Positions 11,380 to 24,606 of a DNA stretch of 40,589 nt are shown here, one piece after another. Position 1 is the first letter of the stretch. The number at the start of each line of letters is the position of its first letter. Location of the stretch: the NCBI RefSeq assembly GCF_006345805.1, contig NW_021832501.1:1-40589 (forward strand). Direction: 5' to 3'. The stretch comes from Octopus sinensis. Taxonomy: Eukaryota. The notes beneath the pieces were generated by a model. The model was not told the origin of the DNA. It saw only the letters and a program-made list of their open reading frames with translations, and ran no database searches. A program made the position numbers and the translations under genes.

Positions 11380-12394
11380 AAAATTGTCACATGTTGCAAA
11401 AATGAATAATGAATAACTCCCTTCACAGACCATGAGACAGTGACCACTAACTTCTTAGCTTAGGGTGCAATGGTGGGTTTGGGTAGTGTTTAGGTGACTC
11501 TCCTGCATGTTCACCTGCTGCTGTCAAAAGGTATCCATTTCTCACCACAAGCAATGCTTTGATGCACAAATAGTATTTTTTCAAGTCGAGAAAGCAATAA
11601 GGAGCACACTTCGAGGCATCTGTCTTTTTTAATGTCATTCAGTTGATGTGGAACAAACCTATCTGTTTTCTTGACGTTTCCAATTTTTTTTACAGGTGTC
11701 CAAAAACACCTGTGCGTGATGTTTGGGGTTCTGATAAAAGTTTTCGAACCTTTGTTCTCGGATTTTGTTCGACCAAAGCATTTAATTCATCAGGACGAAT
11801 AACTGATTTTGGCCTACTCCTTTTCAAGGCTATCATTTCTTACACGAGAGCTTAGGAACCACTCTGAACAGTTCTGATGTTAACAAAACCATTACCACAG
11901 ATCCGCTTGTTATTCCGTAGAGCTTCTGCAGCAGAGTGACCCAGTTTGTACTCACACGAGAAAATCACTCAACATTGTTTGGTTGTTATCATTTTCATAA
12001 GGTCTGTGGGTACGAATTTTGCATACCAATATTGTTGGGAAAGAAAAAGAGTCAAAATTAAATGCAAGGTAAATATATATTTCTTTACTACCCACAAGGG
12101 GCTAAACATAGAGGGGACAAACAAGGACAGACAAAGGGATTAAGTCGATTACATCGACCCCAGTGCGTAACTGGTACTTAATTTATCGACCCCGAAAGGA
12201 TGAAAGGCAAAGTCGACCTCGGCGGAATTTGAACTCGGAACGTAACGACAGACGAAATACTGCTACGAATTTCGCCCAGCGTGCTAACGTTTCTACCAGC
12301 TCGCCGCCTTAATGCAAGGTAAATATAATTGAGTTTTTAAATGACTGAAATAACAAATAATTAAAAATGCGGCATTTCACGTGAACCAACCTAA
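11380..12394 (-). mobile_element. Decayed mariner DNA transposon (5' TIR plus N-terminal two-thirds of the transposase), interrupted by a SINE
   Basis: TA|TTAGGTTGGTTCACGTGAAATGCCGCATTTT TIR on the minus strand from 12394. Peptides VIFSCEYKLGHSAAEALRN, DELNALVEQNPRTKVRKL, DRFVPHQL (WVPHEL-like), GESPKHYPNPPLHPK and KKLVVTVSWSVKGVIHYSFL, with stops and frameshifts. Confidence 0.88.
12078..12310 (-). mobile_element. SINE family B monomer with perfect 17-bp TSD
   Basis: AATGCAAGGTAAATATA at 12061-12077 and 12311-12327. Confidence 0.92.
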
Positions 12395-12415
12395 TATTAA
12401 AACGTTAAATAAGAT

Positions 12416-12478
12416 TCCCGTTGAACAGGATTCCTGGTTATAACGCAGGCGACCCGGGTTCAATTCCCGGCAAGGAAA
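12416..12478 (+). pseudogene. tRNA-Glu(TTC)-derived pseudogene
   Basis: AGGATTCCTGGTTATAACGCAGGCGACCCGGGTTCAATTCCCGG closely follows the metazoan tRNA-Glu(TTC) anticodon and T arms; D arm largely deleted and anticodon loop mutated. Confidence 0.7.
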
Positions 12479-13099
12479 CCGTATTTATTTGTTTAAAGGC
12501 GGTGCTCTAGCATGGCCGCAGTAAAAAAAAAAACAGGATTGGTTATTTACTTCAAAGTTTCATTTACCTTTCTCGGTTGTCACACATTTCTCCTATTGCG
12601 CCACATTGAAACATCTCTTCCTGTGATTCACCTGTAATCCTTTCAATATGTCTTTTACTATAACTTCTCTGTCGTTCTTCATAATCTTTCTAAGAGAAGT
12701 CTCTAACAAATCTCCAACGATTTTCTCTTTGACCTGTATTTTCGCTATTTCTTTCTTAAAATTCTCAACGCTGCTTGATCTCAATTTAAGTTCATTTTTA
12801 CTCGTTTTCTCCATGCAAGCGCGTTTCCTTTCAGCGTCAGCTTTGCAGGAGAGCTGTCTGATCAGAAGTTCTCTTAGCTACGCTTTTTTATTTTGCTTTC
12901 TTTTCATTTATAACCTTTTGTGCTCCATATTCAAATATATTTGCAATATAATATACTGCAATACAATGAATTGCAGTTTTTCCCCCTCTTTTTATGAGTA
13001 TAAAATACCTAAATATCAAATCATAGCATGACTAAGAACAACTGTTGAAGTAATAATGAAAAACCTACACGAACTATTATCTATCTTTCCAGCAACATA

Positions 13100-13140
13100 G
13101 CTACCTACTTGCCTGACTAACTACCTGCCTGTCCGTTTGC

Positions 13141-13221
<81 letters not shown>

Positions 13222-13335
13222 GATCGATCGATCTGTCCGTCTGTTTGTCTGTCTGTCCGTCTGTGTTTCTTTCTGATTATCTATCTATCTATTTCTCTGT
13301 CTGTCTGTCTGTCTTTCTGTCTGTTCGTCCGTCCG

Positions 13336-13395
<60 letters not shown>

Positions 13396-13579
13396 TCTAT
13401 CTATCAATATATATATCTGTGCGTCCGTCCGTCTGTCTGTCTTTCTGATTATCTATCTATCTCTCTGTCTATCTGTTTGTCTCTCTATTCGTCAGTCCCT
13501 CCGTCTGTCTGTCTATCTATCTGTCTGTCTGTCCATTCGTCTGTCTGTTTGTCCGTCTTTCTGTCAGTCCATCTATCTC

Positions 13580-13652
<73 letters not shown>

Positions 13653-13710
13653 ACATCGACAGCATACATACATACACAAACGCACGCACACATACACACA
13701 TACACATATC
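13100..13710. repeat. (CTAT)n / (CTGT)n compound microsatellite
   Basis: Seen directly. Confidence 0.95.
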
Positions 13711-14405
13711 CTTTGTATGTTATAATTATATTAAAAATTAATGAACGTTATGCTTGCCCTGTGGTAATACTTCAGTGAGGTGAGGTGAGAACAGGCAAGC
13801 ACACATACATACACACATACACTCGCATAAAGACATAGAGAGAGAGAGAGAGAAAAAGAAAGAAAGAGAGAGAAAGTGATAAGGGTGGGTACACTAATTC
13901 AAAAAGTCGAAATAATAATTATATTGAGCGTTTTATTTACGCGAAACCAACACAAGAACGGACAACAACGAAATAATAGCGAGAAGAGAATGAAAAGCGA
14001 AGTGTGAGAGATGGAGACAGTCAATTATGTATATGGAGTAGAATTGATAGACGGACATTTAAAATTATATACATTTGTGCTTAGTGTTCTGTTAACTAAA
14101 CGTTCTGTTCGTTCGTTTTTCTTTCTGCGAAATACAGAAAAATAGTGAAAAGACTATGGCAGTTAATTGCTTTTGATGTATTCGTTAGAGGTATGGACAA
14201 ACAGAGAAATGGAAGCTCGCTGTTAATTACGTTAGTATATTAATTTATTATTTAACACTTTACACCGGCGAAGCACGGTGAAAATTGTTAAATACCGCAG
14301 CGGACTGTCTGCAGATACACAATAATTATGAATAAATAAATAAATATCGTTTTGCATTACTTGTGTATATAATAACTTTAAGGAAAAATATATACATATT
14401 TCCAC

Positions 14406-14898
14406 AAGTGCAGGCATGGTTATGAGGTCAAGAAGATCGTTTTGCAATCTCGTGTATCCAGGTTCAGTTCCACTGCGCGGCACATTGGGCAAGTGTTTTC
14501 TACTAAAGCTCTGATCCGACCAATGCCTTGTGAGCAAATTTGGTAGAAGAAAACTGTGTTGAAGCCCATCATATAGATATATAAATATACAAAGCATCTA
14601 AGTGTATATTTTTCCCCCCTGAAGAGATTATGTTCAGAAATATGAACTTAAAATTTTGTTAATTCGTTATGTATAATCGAAACAGCTGTAAGGGATTATT
14701 ATCGATTTGTTGTTGATAATAAACTCTTATTAACCCCACAATCTCCATTTTCTTCTTCTTTATTTATATGAATATAAACTGTTTATATACACACCTATCA
14801 TTTTAAGGAAATCAATTTTCTCCAAAATATTAGATATTGAATAAGTATTTTCTTGGATGACACCATCCCTTCATGAGGCAATCATAACCTCTAATCAA

Positions 14899-14945
<47 letters not shown>

Positions 14946-15170
14946 CCTACATGTGTGTGATTCGTATCTGTATTTTGTCACCAACCACCACTTGACAATG
15001 AGTATTTCTTTTATTGTTTCCGTCCTTCTAACTTAGCGGTTAGGCAAACACTCCGATAGAATAAATAAAATGTCCCCATATGAATTAGGGGCGGTTATTT
15101 CAACTAAAATCCTCCCAGCTGTGCTCCATCTTGGCCGCAATTTGATAAAGGAAATAAGTAAAAGATAAAA
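14406..15170 (+). mobile_element. Old SINE family A copy split by an insertion at about 14580-14900
   Basis: Diverged head at 14406-14575 and diverged 3' half at 14950-15170. Confidence 0.6.
14614..14695 (+). ncRNA. Hammerhead-like motif with enlarged stem II, in a Penelope-like remnant
   Basis: CTGAAGA (14619)-GATTAT...ATAATC-GAAA-C agct G-TA-AGGGA; stem I imperfect. Confidence 0.55.
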
Positions 15171-15218
15171 ATGTTTCTCTGTCGTAAACGGAAAGCCAGT
15201 ACACCAATTGGGAAGTGT

Positions 15219-15254
<36 letters not shown>

Positions 15255-15616
15255 GCAAACACGTAGACACACACGCACACACACACACACACGCAAACAC
15301 GTAGACACACACGCACACACACACACACATGCGCGCGCACACACACACACCACACACACACACGCACACACATATGTATATATATAAATGTTTGTGATGG
15401 TGTGTGAATGCGTGCATGTATATATCTGTGTATGTGTTATGTGTGCGCGTTGTATGCATACTAATTCCTGACCAATTCCTGTACAGCCGAATAAACAGAC
15501 GGATAATGAAAATCACTAAGTAGAAACATCAAATCTGATGGATAAACAGAAAGATAGAATTTGGATAGAATTTTCTAGATGGAAGTTTGGAAGAAGAATA
15601 AATTCTGAATAATTGA

Positions 15617-16245
15617 TAGGCGCAGGCATGGCTGTGTGGTAAGTAGCTTGCTTAGCAACCACATAGGGTAAGTAGCTTGCTTAGCAACCACATAGTTCCG
15701 GGTTCAGTCTGACTGCGTGACACCTTGGGCAAGTGTGTGTGTATGTTTGTGTGTCTGTGTTTGTCCCCCTAGCATCGCTTGACAACTGATGCTGGTGTGT
15801 TTACATCCCCGTAACCTAGCGGCTCAGCAAAAGAGACCGATAGAATGAGTACTAGGCTTACAAAGAATAAGTCCTGGGGTCGATTTGCTCGACTGAAGAC
15901 GGTGTTCCAGCATGGCCATAGTCAAATGACTGAAACAAGTTAAAGAGTAAAAGAGTAAAGAGTAATTGATAGGCGCAGGCATGGCTGTGTGGTAAGAAGC
16001 TTGTTTCCCAACCACATGATTCCGGGTTCAGTCCCACTGCGTTGCACCTTAAGCACCTATTACCTCGAGCTGACGAAAAGTTTGTGAATGGATTTGGTAA
16101 ATGGAAACTGAAAGAAGCCGATCGTACACACACATATATACATATATGCATGTATATGCCTTTGTGTCTGAGTTCGTCCCTCACCACCGCTTGACAACCT
16201 GTGTTGGTTTATTTACGTCACCTTTATCTAGCAGTTCGGCAAATA
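15617..16245 (+). mobile_element. Two head-to-tail SINE family A copies
   Basis: Heads at about 15617 and 15970, both preceded by AATTGAT; the first copy has an internal 29-bp duplication and a deletion. Confidence 0.85.
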
Positions 16246-16249
16246 ATTA

Positions 16250-16553
16250 GTGGAGGCACAATGGCCCACTGTTAGGATAGCGAACTCGCGATCGTAGGAT
16301 CACGTTTTCGATTCCCGGACCGGGTGTTGTAAGTGTTTATTGAGCGAAATCACCTAAAGCTACACGAGGCTTCGGCAGGGGGTGGTGGCGGACACTGCTG
16401 TACTCTTTCATCAGAACTTTCTCTCACTTTGTCACACTGAACCTCCCTGAAAACTACGTTAAGGGTACACGTGTCGGTGGAGTGCTTAGCCACTCGCACG
16501 TTAATTTCACGTGCAGGGTGTTCTGTTGATCGGATCACCTGGAACCCACGTCG
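16250..16553 (+). mobile_element. SINE family C
   Basis: tRNA-like head GTGGAGGCACAATGGCC...TTCGATTCCCGGACC, matching 6470-6590. Confidence 0.8.
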
Positions 16554-16860
16554 CAGGCGTACCTGTTTGGTAAGATGTTTGCTTCTGAACCGCAAGGTTC
16601 CCGGTTCATTTCCACTGCATGGCACTTTGAATAAATGACTTCTAGCCAAGTGTTTTTTTACTATAGATTTGGACCAACCATGTGAGTGGATTTAATATAC
16701 GGAAACTGTAAAAGATCTGTCGTATAAAAGACATATATGAGGTTGTGTCTGTGCGTGTGTGTGTGTGTACCCACCACTGCGTTGATGTGTTTATATCCCT
16801 GTAACTTAGCGGTTTGATAAAAGAGAAAAGATAAAAGCTAATAGGAAAGTACCAGCATTA
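16554..16860 (+). mobile_element. Diverged SINE family A
   Basis: Head AGGCGTACCTGTTTGGTAAG, then CCCTGTAACTTAGCGGTT. Confidence 0.7.
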
Positions 16861-17088
16861 GGAAAAATTATAAGTAGAACACGAAGAAGGATTTACAAGG
16901 AAGGCAGCAGAAAAGATATAGGCATGTAAACTCAAAAGCCAAAAAAACAAAAAAAAAACACGTTGTCTCTTCTGCTACTAATTTCTTCTCCGATATGAAG
17001 AATCGGCTCGAAGAATTAAGCAGGACAAAAATAGGAAATACAGAGGTAGGAGTAGGAAATGAGTAGAAATAGTTGGTGTAAAATAATC

Positions 17089-17700
17089 TTTTCTACTGTA
17101 GGCACACGGCCCGAAATTTTGGGGGAGAGGGTCAGTCGATTAGAACGACTCCATTACGCAAATGGTTCTTAATTTATCGACCCTGAAAGGATGAAAGGCA
17201 AAGTCGACCTCGGCGGAATTTGGGCCCAGAACATAAAGACAGACGAAATACCAATTTCTTTACTACCCACAAGGGGCTAAACACAGAGGGGACAAACAAG
17301 GACAGACAAACGGATTAAGTCGATTACATCGACACCAGTGCGTAACGGGTACTTATTTAATCGACCCCGAAAGGATGAAAGGCAAAATCGACCTCAGCGG
17401 AATTTAGACTCAGAACATAAAGACAGACGATATACCGCTAAGCATTTCGCCCGGTGTGCTAACGTTTCTTATTTCTTACTGCCCACAAGGGGCTACGCAC
17501 AGAGGGGGCAAACAAGGTCAGACAAACGGATTAAGTCGATTATATCAACCCCAGTGCGTAACTGGTACTTATTTAATCGACCCTGAAAGGATGAAAGGTA
17601 AAGTCGACCACGGAAGAATTTGAACTCAGAACGTAACGGCAGACGAAATACGGCAACGCATTTCGCCCGGCGTGCTAACGTTTCTGCCAGCTCGCCGCCT
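17089..17700 (-). mobile_element. SINE family B trimer under one 19-bp TSD
   Basis: Three core repeats; TAGTT(G/A)GTGTAAAATAATC at 17070-17088 and 17701-17719. Confidence 0.88.
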
Positions 17701-18059
17701 TAGTTAGTGTAAAATAATCCCAAACACGAAAATCAAATAAAATTGTATTATTTCTCTTATACTTGCTGGAGTCATTAGACTGCGGCCATAGTGTGGTACG
17801 CGCCTTGTAGAGTGTTTAGTTTAACAAATCGTTCCCAGTACTTATTTTAATGTCTGATACCTATCCTATCGGTCTCTATTGTCGAACTGCAAGGTGAAGA
17901 GGCCCATGAACAAACCGTTACTGGTTGTCAAGCTTTGGGGAGGATAGAAAACGACAAAGCACAACGACACAAACACATGTAGAAACATAGATATTTACAC
18001 ACACACACATATATATATATATATACACACACAAATTTACATACATATACATATCATTA

Positions 18060-18242
18060 TATTGAACCGTTAATCCCTACAGATTTCGTTTTCTCTTCTT
18101 TGTTTTCGTTCTCTCAAAGTTTCCCATCATAATCTTTACTGTCGAAGACCGTAGGCTCGAAGCGTCAAAGACTTTTCCATTTTTCCCGAGCATTAAACTA
18201 ATACACACGCTTCTTGTGTTTTCAACTGTCTTCGCCTTTTGT

Positions 18243-18245
<3 letters not shown>
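18060..18245 (+). mobile_element. Short dispersed repeat, possible Penelope-like terminal fragment
   Basis: GCTCGAAGCGTCAAAGACTTTTC...GTCTTCGCCTTTTGTT has a related copy on the minus strand at 24316-24393; sits between microsatellites. Confidence 0.45.
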
Positions 18246-18295
<50 letters not shown>

Positions 18296-18308
18296 ATATA
18301 TATATATA

Positions 18309-18518
18309 CAGTCATGACAGAAGTAAATAGGCAACCCTATAAAACATCGTCTTATGTTTATTTTAACTTATAATGGTTTATATTTTTTATTAATTGACTT
18401 TTTTATGTTTCAGGTTCTATATGTGACTGTTTAATCATGCCAAGAACAAAATAAGCCATGGAACTGTCTGAATTTCAAAGAGGCCATATTATGGGTCATT
18501 CTGAAGGTGGACATAGCC
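18309..18518 (+). mobile_element. Tc1-like transposon 5' fragment
   Basis: TA|CAGT terminus; from 18437 reads MPRTK*AMELSEFQRGHIMGHSEGGHS, typical of a Tc1 transposase N-terminus. Confidence 0.65.
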
Positions 18519-18559
18519 TAGCTATCTATACATTCTACTATTTGCCTAGGCTGCCCAAA

Positions 18560-18732
18560 GACAGAAACTGGTAGACAGGAACTGAGAAGCGCGTCTACCA
18601 AATCCAATCTCACGGTTTTAGTGAGCCTCGGCAATAGTAGAAGACCCTGCCCAAGGTTCCACGTTGTGGGGATGGAACCAAGGTTACATCGTCGGAAAGC
18701 AATCATCTTAAATACACAGCCACACTTGCGCC
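18560..18732 (-). mobile_element. Diverged SINE family A head
   Basis: TCTACCAAATCC...AGTAGAAGACCCTGCCCAAGG. Confidence 0.7.
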
Positions 18733-19266
18733 AAGTTATGCAGGTAATATTTAAAAAAAAGACATGCAAAAAGCAGGGGATGTAAATAATATTCTTAGAC
18801 ATACAAAAAACAGTTTAACAGAATAACTTGAAACAATGGAGAGAAAATTCTGAGAAAATGTCACAAGAGCAGTGCGCCGAGGTAAACATTGGCATGTTTC
18901 TTATTTTAAATTGTTTTTGCTTGTTTTCTGTAATATGGAATGGCTATAGTAATACATAGATTAATAACAATTTGATACAACCGCCATTTTCTGTCAAATA
19001 ATTGTCTGGACAGTATGAAGTAGATGTCAAACAAAATTATGTTTTGTTATATAAAAGATATGTGTATGTCAAACTGGGCTTCAGTTGTCTCGTCTGCTGT
19101 TACAGCTAATTTTGGTGCAATAGTTTATTTTTTTAGTTTAGGATATTTTCGATAAAAATATCGAAAAATTGTTTCTTTTGTTCGTGTGTTTATGTGTTTG
19201 TTTGTGTGCGTGTTTATGTGTGTGTGAAAATGTGTTTATTATGTGTACATGTATATGTATATTTAC

Positions 19267-19302
<36 letters not shown>

Positions 19303-19452
19303 ACATATATTGTTATAGTATATTCTGCTAAGAACGTAATAGAGTACAGTATAAAGCTCATCTACCTTCAGATTCCACCCTCTGCTATCCAGTAGTAGTA
19401 TTATACGTACTTCCAGGTTTGCGTTTGGGCATCTGTTGTTTGTTAATATATG

Positions 19453-19488
<36 letters not shown>

Positions 19489-20448
19489 GTATGATATAAT
19501 ATATACGTATATGTCTATATATATATAACCTTCTTTCGTATATATATATATCATGCAAACATCTATAAGTATATAATCGCTGTATGGCAAAATGATTTAA
19601 AATTTACCTTTGCAATCAAGAGATCACGGATTAGATCCCCCTGCGTGACGTTTTGGGCAAGTGACTTTCGCCATGGCATGGAGTCAACCTAAACCAGGTT
19701 AGTGTAAGATGACAGATAGAAGCTGTGTGCAAACCCGTCGGATACTTTGTACCTGTAATTAAAAGCTACAACTTTGATCCACATTGTGTCACATTGACTG
19801 CAGGTGAGAATGACTAGATTAGTAGTGCACGAGTCTGTAGAATGCTTATTCAATGAAAAGGGAATTCAACCAATCGGAAAATTACACGCTCTTCATAGAA
19901 ACCGACGGAGATCCATGCACTTATTTTCATTATATACATATATACGTACACAGACGTGTTTTCAATATACACATACACACATCATATAAACACACACTCT
20001 CATATATACGTGTATATGTGAAGATCGTTATAGGTAGATAGAAATAAATTGAACCTAAAATTAAGGACTAAATATTCTAGCAATAAACTACAAAGGACTT
20101 TTATTAAATTACCCTTCATCAATGCAGCTTTGTGGACATCAAACGCTTTCTTAATTACTGTCATATATGCGAAAGCTTTTCTTTTTCTTTTACTTTAAAG
20201 AAAATAATTTCCTTTTAATTTGAAGCAGTTTTATGAGAAAACCATTGTACCAGGACAGTTTAAACACGAACTTCTTTATAAAAAGAAGAGATTAGGAAGA
20301 AAACTAAGAAACAAAACCAGAATCAAAAACCTGAAAGCAATTGCGTCGTAAACTAGAAAAAGAGTAGGTTTTCACGAAATTTAAAAAAAGGAATTTAAAA
20401 AGGAATTTGATGCTCAGAAAATACTATCGATAAAGAATAAGTTTTCTC

Positions 20449-20843
20449 ATAGATACATAGATACATAGATACATAGATACATTGAGACATACATACATAC
20501 ATACATACATACATACATACATACATACATACATACATACATACATACATACATACATACATACATACATACATACATACATACATACATACATACATGC
20601 ATGCATACATACATACATACATACATACGTACATACATAAATGTATACAAATACACACACACGCATGGACATATATATATATATATACATACACATACAA
20701 ATATACATTATATATATATATATATATATACAAATATGTATATGTACATGTATATATATAGTATACATATATATATATGTAGATACATTCATGTGTATAC
20801 ATATATATGTAAATATATATATATATGCATACATATTTATTCA

Positions 20844-20880
<37 letters not shown>

Positions 20881-20950
20881 ATATGCATATATAATATTCA
20901 TATATACATATACGTACACAGACACACACGCACGCACACAAACACACACA
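20449..20950. repeat. (CATA)n / (TA)n microsatellite
   Basis: Seen directly. Confidence 0.95.
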
Positions 20951-21904
20951 TGTATGAGTAAGACAATGAGAACCCAGAACAACAATGGCCTTGATTGCTT
21001 CACTGAAGGAGAAATGATTGAACTCAGAAAGAACTATAATTATTTCGACACAATCCCATCAAATAATTGTTACTTCCATAAAGAATATATTGAGAGGTAA
21101 GAAAGGCCGAGCAAGCAATCAGTATGTTGTAACCATTAAGAATTCCAAGCAAAATATCAACAAGTACAATTTCAAAATATGAATATTCATTTTAGTATAT
21201 AAATATATAATGTCCATAACTAGAGATGCAAAACTTCTGTCTTTTGGAAACGAAGCTCCCTGCAATGTACACTGGCGATTAGTTGGAACTTGTACATAAT
21301 TAATGCTTCTATGAGAGAAGTTTGTAGTTTAGATGATGTAAATAATTTTGTTAAATTTCCAAGACAGATTCATGTGGGCGATGTACTTTTAAGGAAAAGA
21401 TGTCTTATAAAATATATCTTCAATTTGTCATACGAGGGAAGGAAATTGCTTTGTATACAGAGAGATACATGGTTACGAAAGAAGATAAGAGATTTTTGAA
21501 GGACATTTAATGAATGTATAAAAAAAAACCCATTCAAGTCAGAAGTAAGTTACATGAATTCGCAAGATACAAGAGATACACCGTGAAAGTGAGGGTAGCT
21601 TATACATATATGATTTTTCTTTGATTTTAATTCCAGTTTTTGAGAGAGTTCAAGCCGGTTGCTAACGAAGCGACAAGGCATTTGAGCTGGTTGTCCTCGA
21701 TGTTTGTGAACATGTGGTTGAGTTGGTGTGTTGGTTGAACTGCCGCTGCATACACCCAAATATCTGCATCTATTCACATAAGAATCTCACACGGAGAATT
21801 TCTGGAATCTCCTGCTGTGCTGCTAATAGATTGGTGTATGTATGTATGTATGTATGTATGTATGTATGTATGCATGTATGTATGTATGTATGTATGTATG
21901 TATG

Positions 21905-22083
21905 TGTTATGTCGCAATACTACACACTGGCTGTGTGAGCTACGCAATCCTCGTCGCTACTGTTACGTCGCACGTTCGGATGACCTCTACTCAACTCTAC
22001 TACTCTACTGACGTCTAGGCTTCTCCCTCTGTATCTACGTATTGGGCTAGTCTTCTTCATCGTCTGGGGGCGTCCATACAACA
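21905..22083. mobile_element. Candidate solo LTR (179 bp)
   Basis: Begins TGTTATG, ends CATACAACA, GTATG on both sides, more GC-rich than the (TATG)n it interrupts. Confidence 0.45.
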
Positions 22084-22178
22084 GTATGTATGGTGCAAAC
22101 TTGAATACGTGTCGGGAGATATTTCTCTCAACATGAAATAAATGGTTGTCCGATTACCCCACGAATATTAACACACAC

Positions 22179-22233
<55 letters not shown>

Positions 22234-22243
22234 ATATATAATA

Positions 22244-22280
<37 letters not shown>

Positions 22281-22744
22281 CAGTAATAGAAACACACAAC
22301 ACACTTGTCCATGATGCTGCGCAATGGAACTGAATACGAAACCGTTTGGTGGAGAACTAAGCTTCTCAAACCCAGAGTCATATCGTCGCTACGCATAACT
22401 TTCATTTACGTACAGACTTAAAGAGTAAACATATACAATATAAGGCGATGAAATAGGAAGAACAAAAGTTGGTTATTTCATTGACTTGAGTCATAAACAT
22501 GAGACAGAAAAGATTATTTTTGGCATTCTTTTCTGATTTGTATTTCTATAATTTCTTTATAACTTTATCTATACATCAGGGAAAACGACACAAAAATTAG
22601 CAGAGCACACGTCAATAAATAAATGTTGGTTCACAGTTGTGGTAAGTCGACAATGATGCTTTGTGTCGCCCCCATAAATCTGAAAGATGTACATTCATAA
22701 ATACACTTTCAAATATACACAATCATACATGCACATACAACAGA

Positions 22745-22807
22745 TATGTATGTAGTATGTATGTATGTATGTATGTATGTATGTATGTATGTATGTATGT
22801 ATGTATG

Positions 22808-22841
<34 letters not shown>

Positions 22842-23061
22842 TGTATGTATGTATGTATGTATGTACATATGTATGTATGTACGTATGTATGTATGTATGT
22901 ATGTATGTATGTATTATGTATGTATGTATGCATGTTTTCATGTTATCCATATATGTATATATATATGTATATATATATATATATGTATAATATATATATA
23001 TAGATATATAGATATATATAGATATTGTATATTTATATATATGTATATGTATATATATATG

Positions 23062-23092
<31 letters not shown>

Positions 23093-23258
23093 GTATATAT
23101 ATGTATATGTATATATATGACATGTATATATGTATATGTATATATATGTACATGTATCGTATATGTATATATATATATTATATTATTATATATATGTATA
23201 TGTACAATACAATATAGTATATATATATATGTAATGTATATATATATGTTTATGTACG

Positions 23259-23290
<32 letters not shown>

Positions 23291-23416
23291 ATAATGTGAA
23301 ATAGAAAGATGAATAATCTTGTAGTAGATTAATCAAAAGTTTAACCGATACCTTAGTAGCAAAAATCACAGCAGCATAACAATCTGCGTTCAGCTCCATT
23401 TCTTCAATTCACCAAT

Positions 23417-23495
<79 letters not shown>
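22745..23495. repeat. (TATG)n / (TA)n microsatellite block
   Basis: Seen directly. Confidence 0.95.
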
Positions 23496-23500
<5 letters not shown>

Positions 23501-24424
23501 ATCTAACAAAAAGTATATAATACTCATACAGAAAGACGAAAGGAGACACATTCTAGATCTGTAAATATTCCAACCAAACAAGAAGCTTCTGGGCAATCTT
23601 TGATTTATCTTCGAACAGCAATATCGTCTTTCGCGTAGCCATTATTATATTGATGTACCTCATAGGAAAGTTTTAATGAAAAACTAAGTTATGTGGATAA
23701 AATCCCACATATTACACAATATATTTGAATCTGGAAAGCATTTTAGTGTTATCAGCGACACAATCTAAAAGTCACTGTCGACACCACCAGGAATTTCCTG
23801 GCACTGATAAGACACAATCTTTCTGCTGTGCAAAATGGAAGTCATAGCTTTCTGGTTGCAATAATGAAACCGCAATCATACATCCGGTGTATCCACTATT
23901 CATTAGCGTACTTGTATCTCTGAAAAAAATTTATCTACCTGTTCGATTTCAAATAAAGTCATGTAGAGATCAACTATAAACATGACGGACAGAATTGAAA
24001 GAAATTATAGAGTTCTTGCTAGGAACAATTTCAATGGTAACTTCCTTTAACTTCTTCGCTCATTGCAGATGATAAAATGTCAATTAAAATTTCACATCTG
24101 TGTCACAATTTATCTCAAAGCCTACACCTTCCAATACTCTGAAATATTGTCGGTAGGACAACCGAATTCGTTTGCTCAATATAAATCTGGAGTCTGATCA
24201 AGTGAAATATTATAATTACTGAAGTATTCTGCAATATTTAAGACTGGAAATATTGTGCTGTTATCGCGATCTGAAGGGGTTTCTCATGTTTACGAATGTA
24301 TATATATATATATATAGTTGAAATTTATAGAAAAACAAAAAAAAAAGACCGGTGCATTGGTTTGAGGCTTGGGAACGTGAAAAGTCTTTTACATTTCGAG
24401 CATGTATATATATATATATATATA

Positions 24425-24464
<40 letters not shown>

Positions 24465-24551
24465 TTATGCGTGTGTGTATATGTATGTATGCATGTATAT
24501 ATATATATGTGTGTGTGGGTGTATACGTATGTATATTGCATGTATGTAGTA

Positions 24552-24606
<55 letters not shown>

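Noticed and set aside
21540-21830. RTE reverse transcriptase fragment (minus strand); similar hint at 26950-27240
   Set aside because: Similarity too degenerate to support by eye.
23500-24290. hAT transposase relic
   Set aside because: Only faint peptide echoes (YIRCIHYSLA, ELKEIIEFL) among many stops; needs BLASTX.
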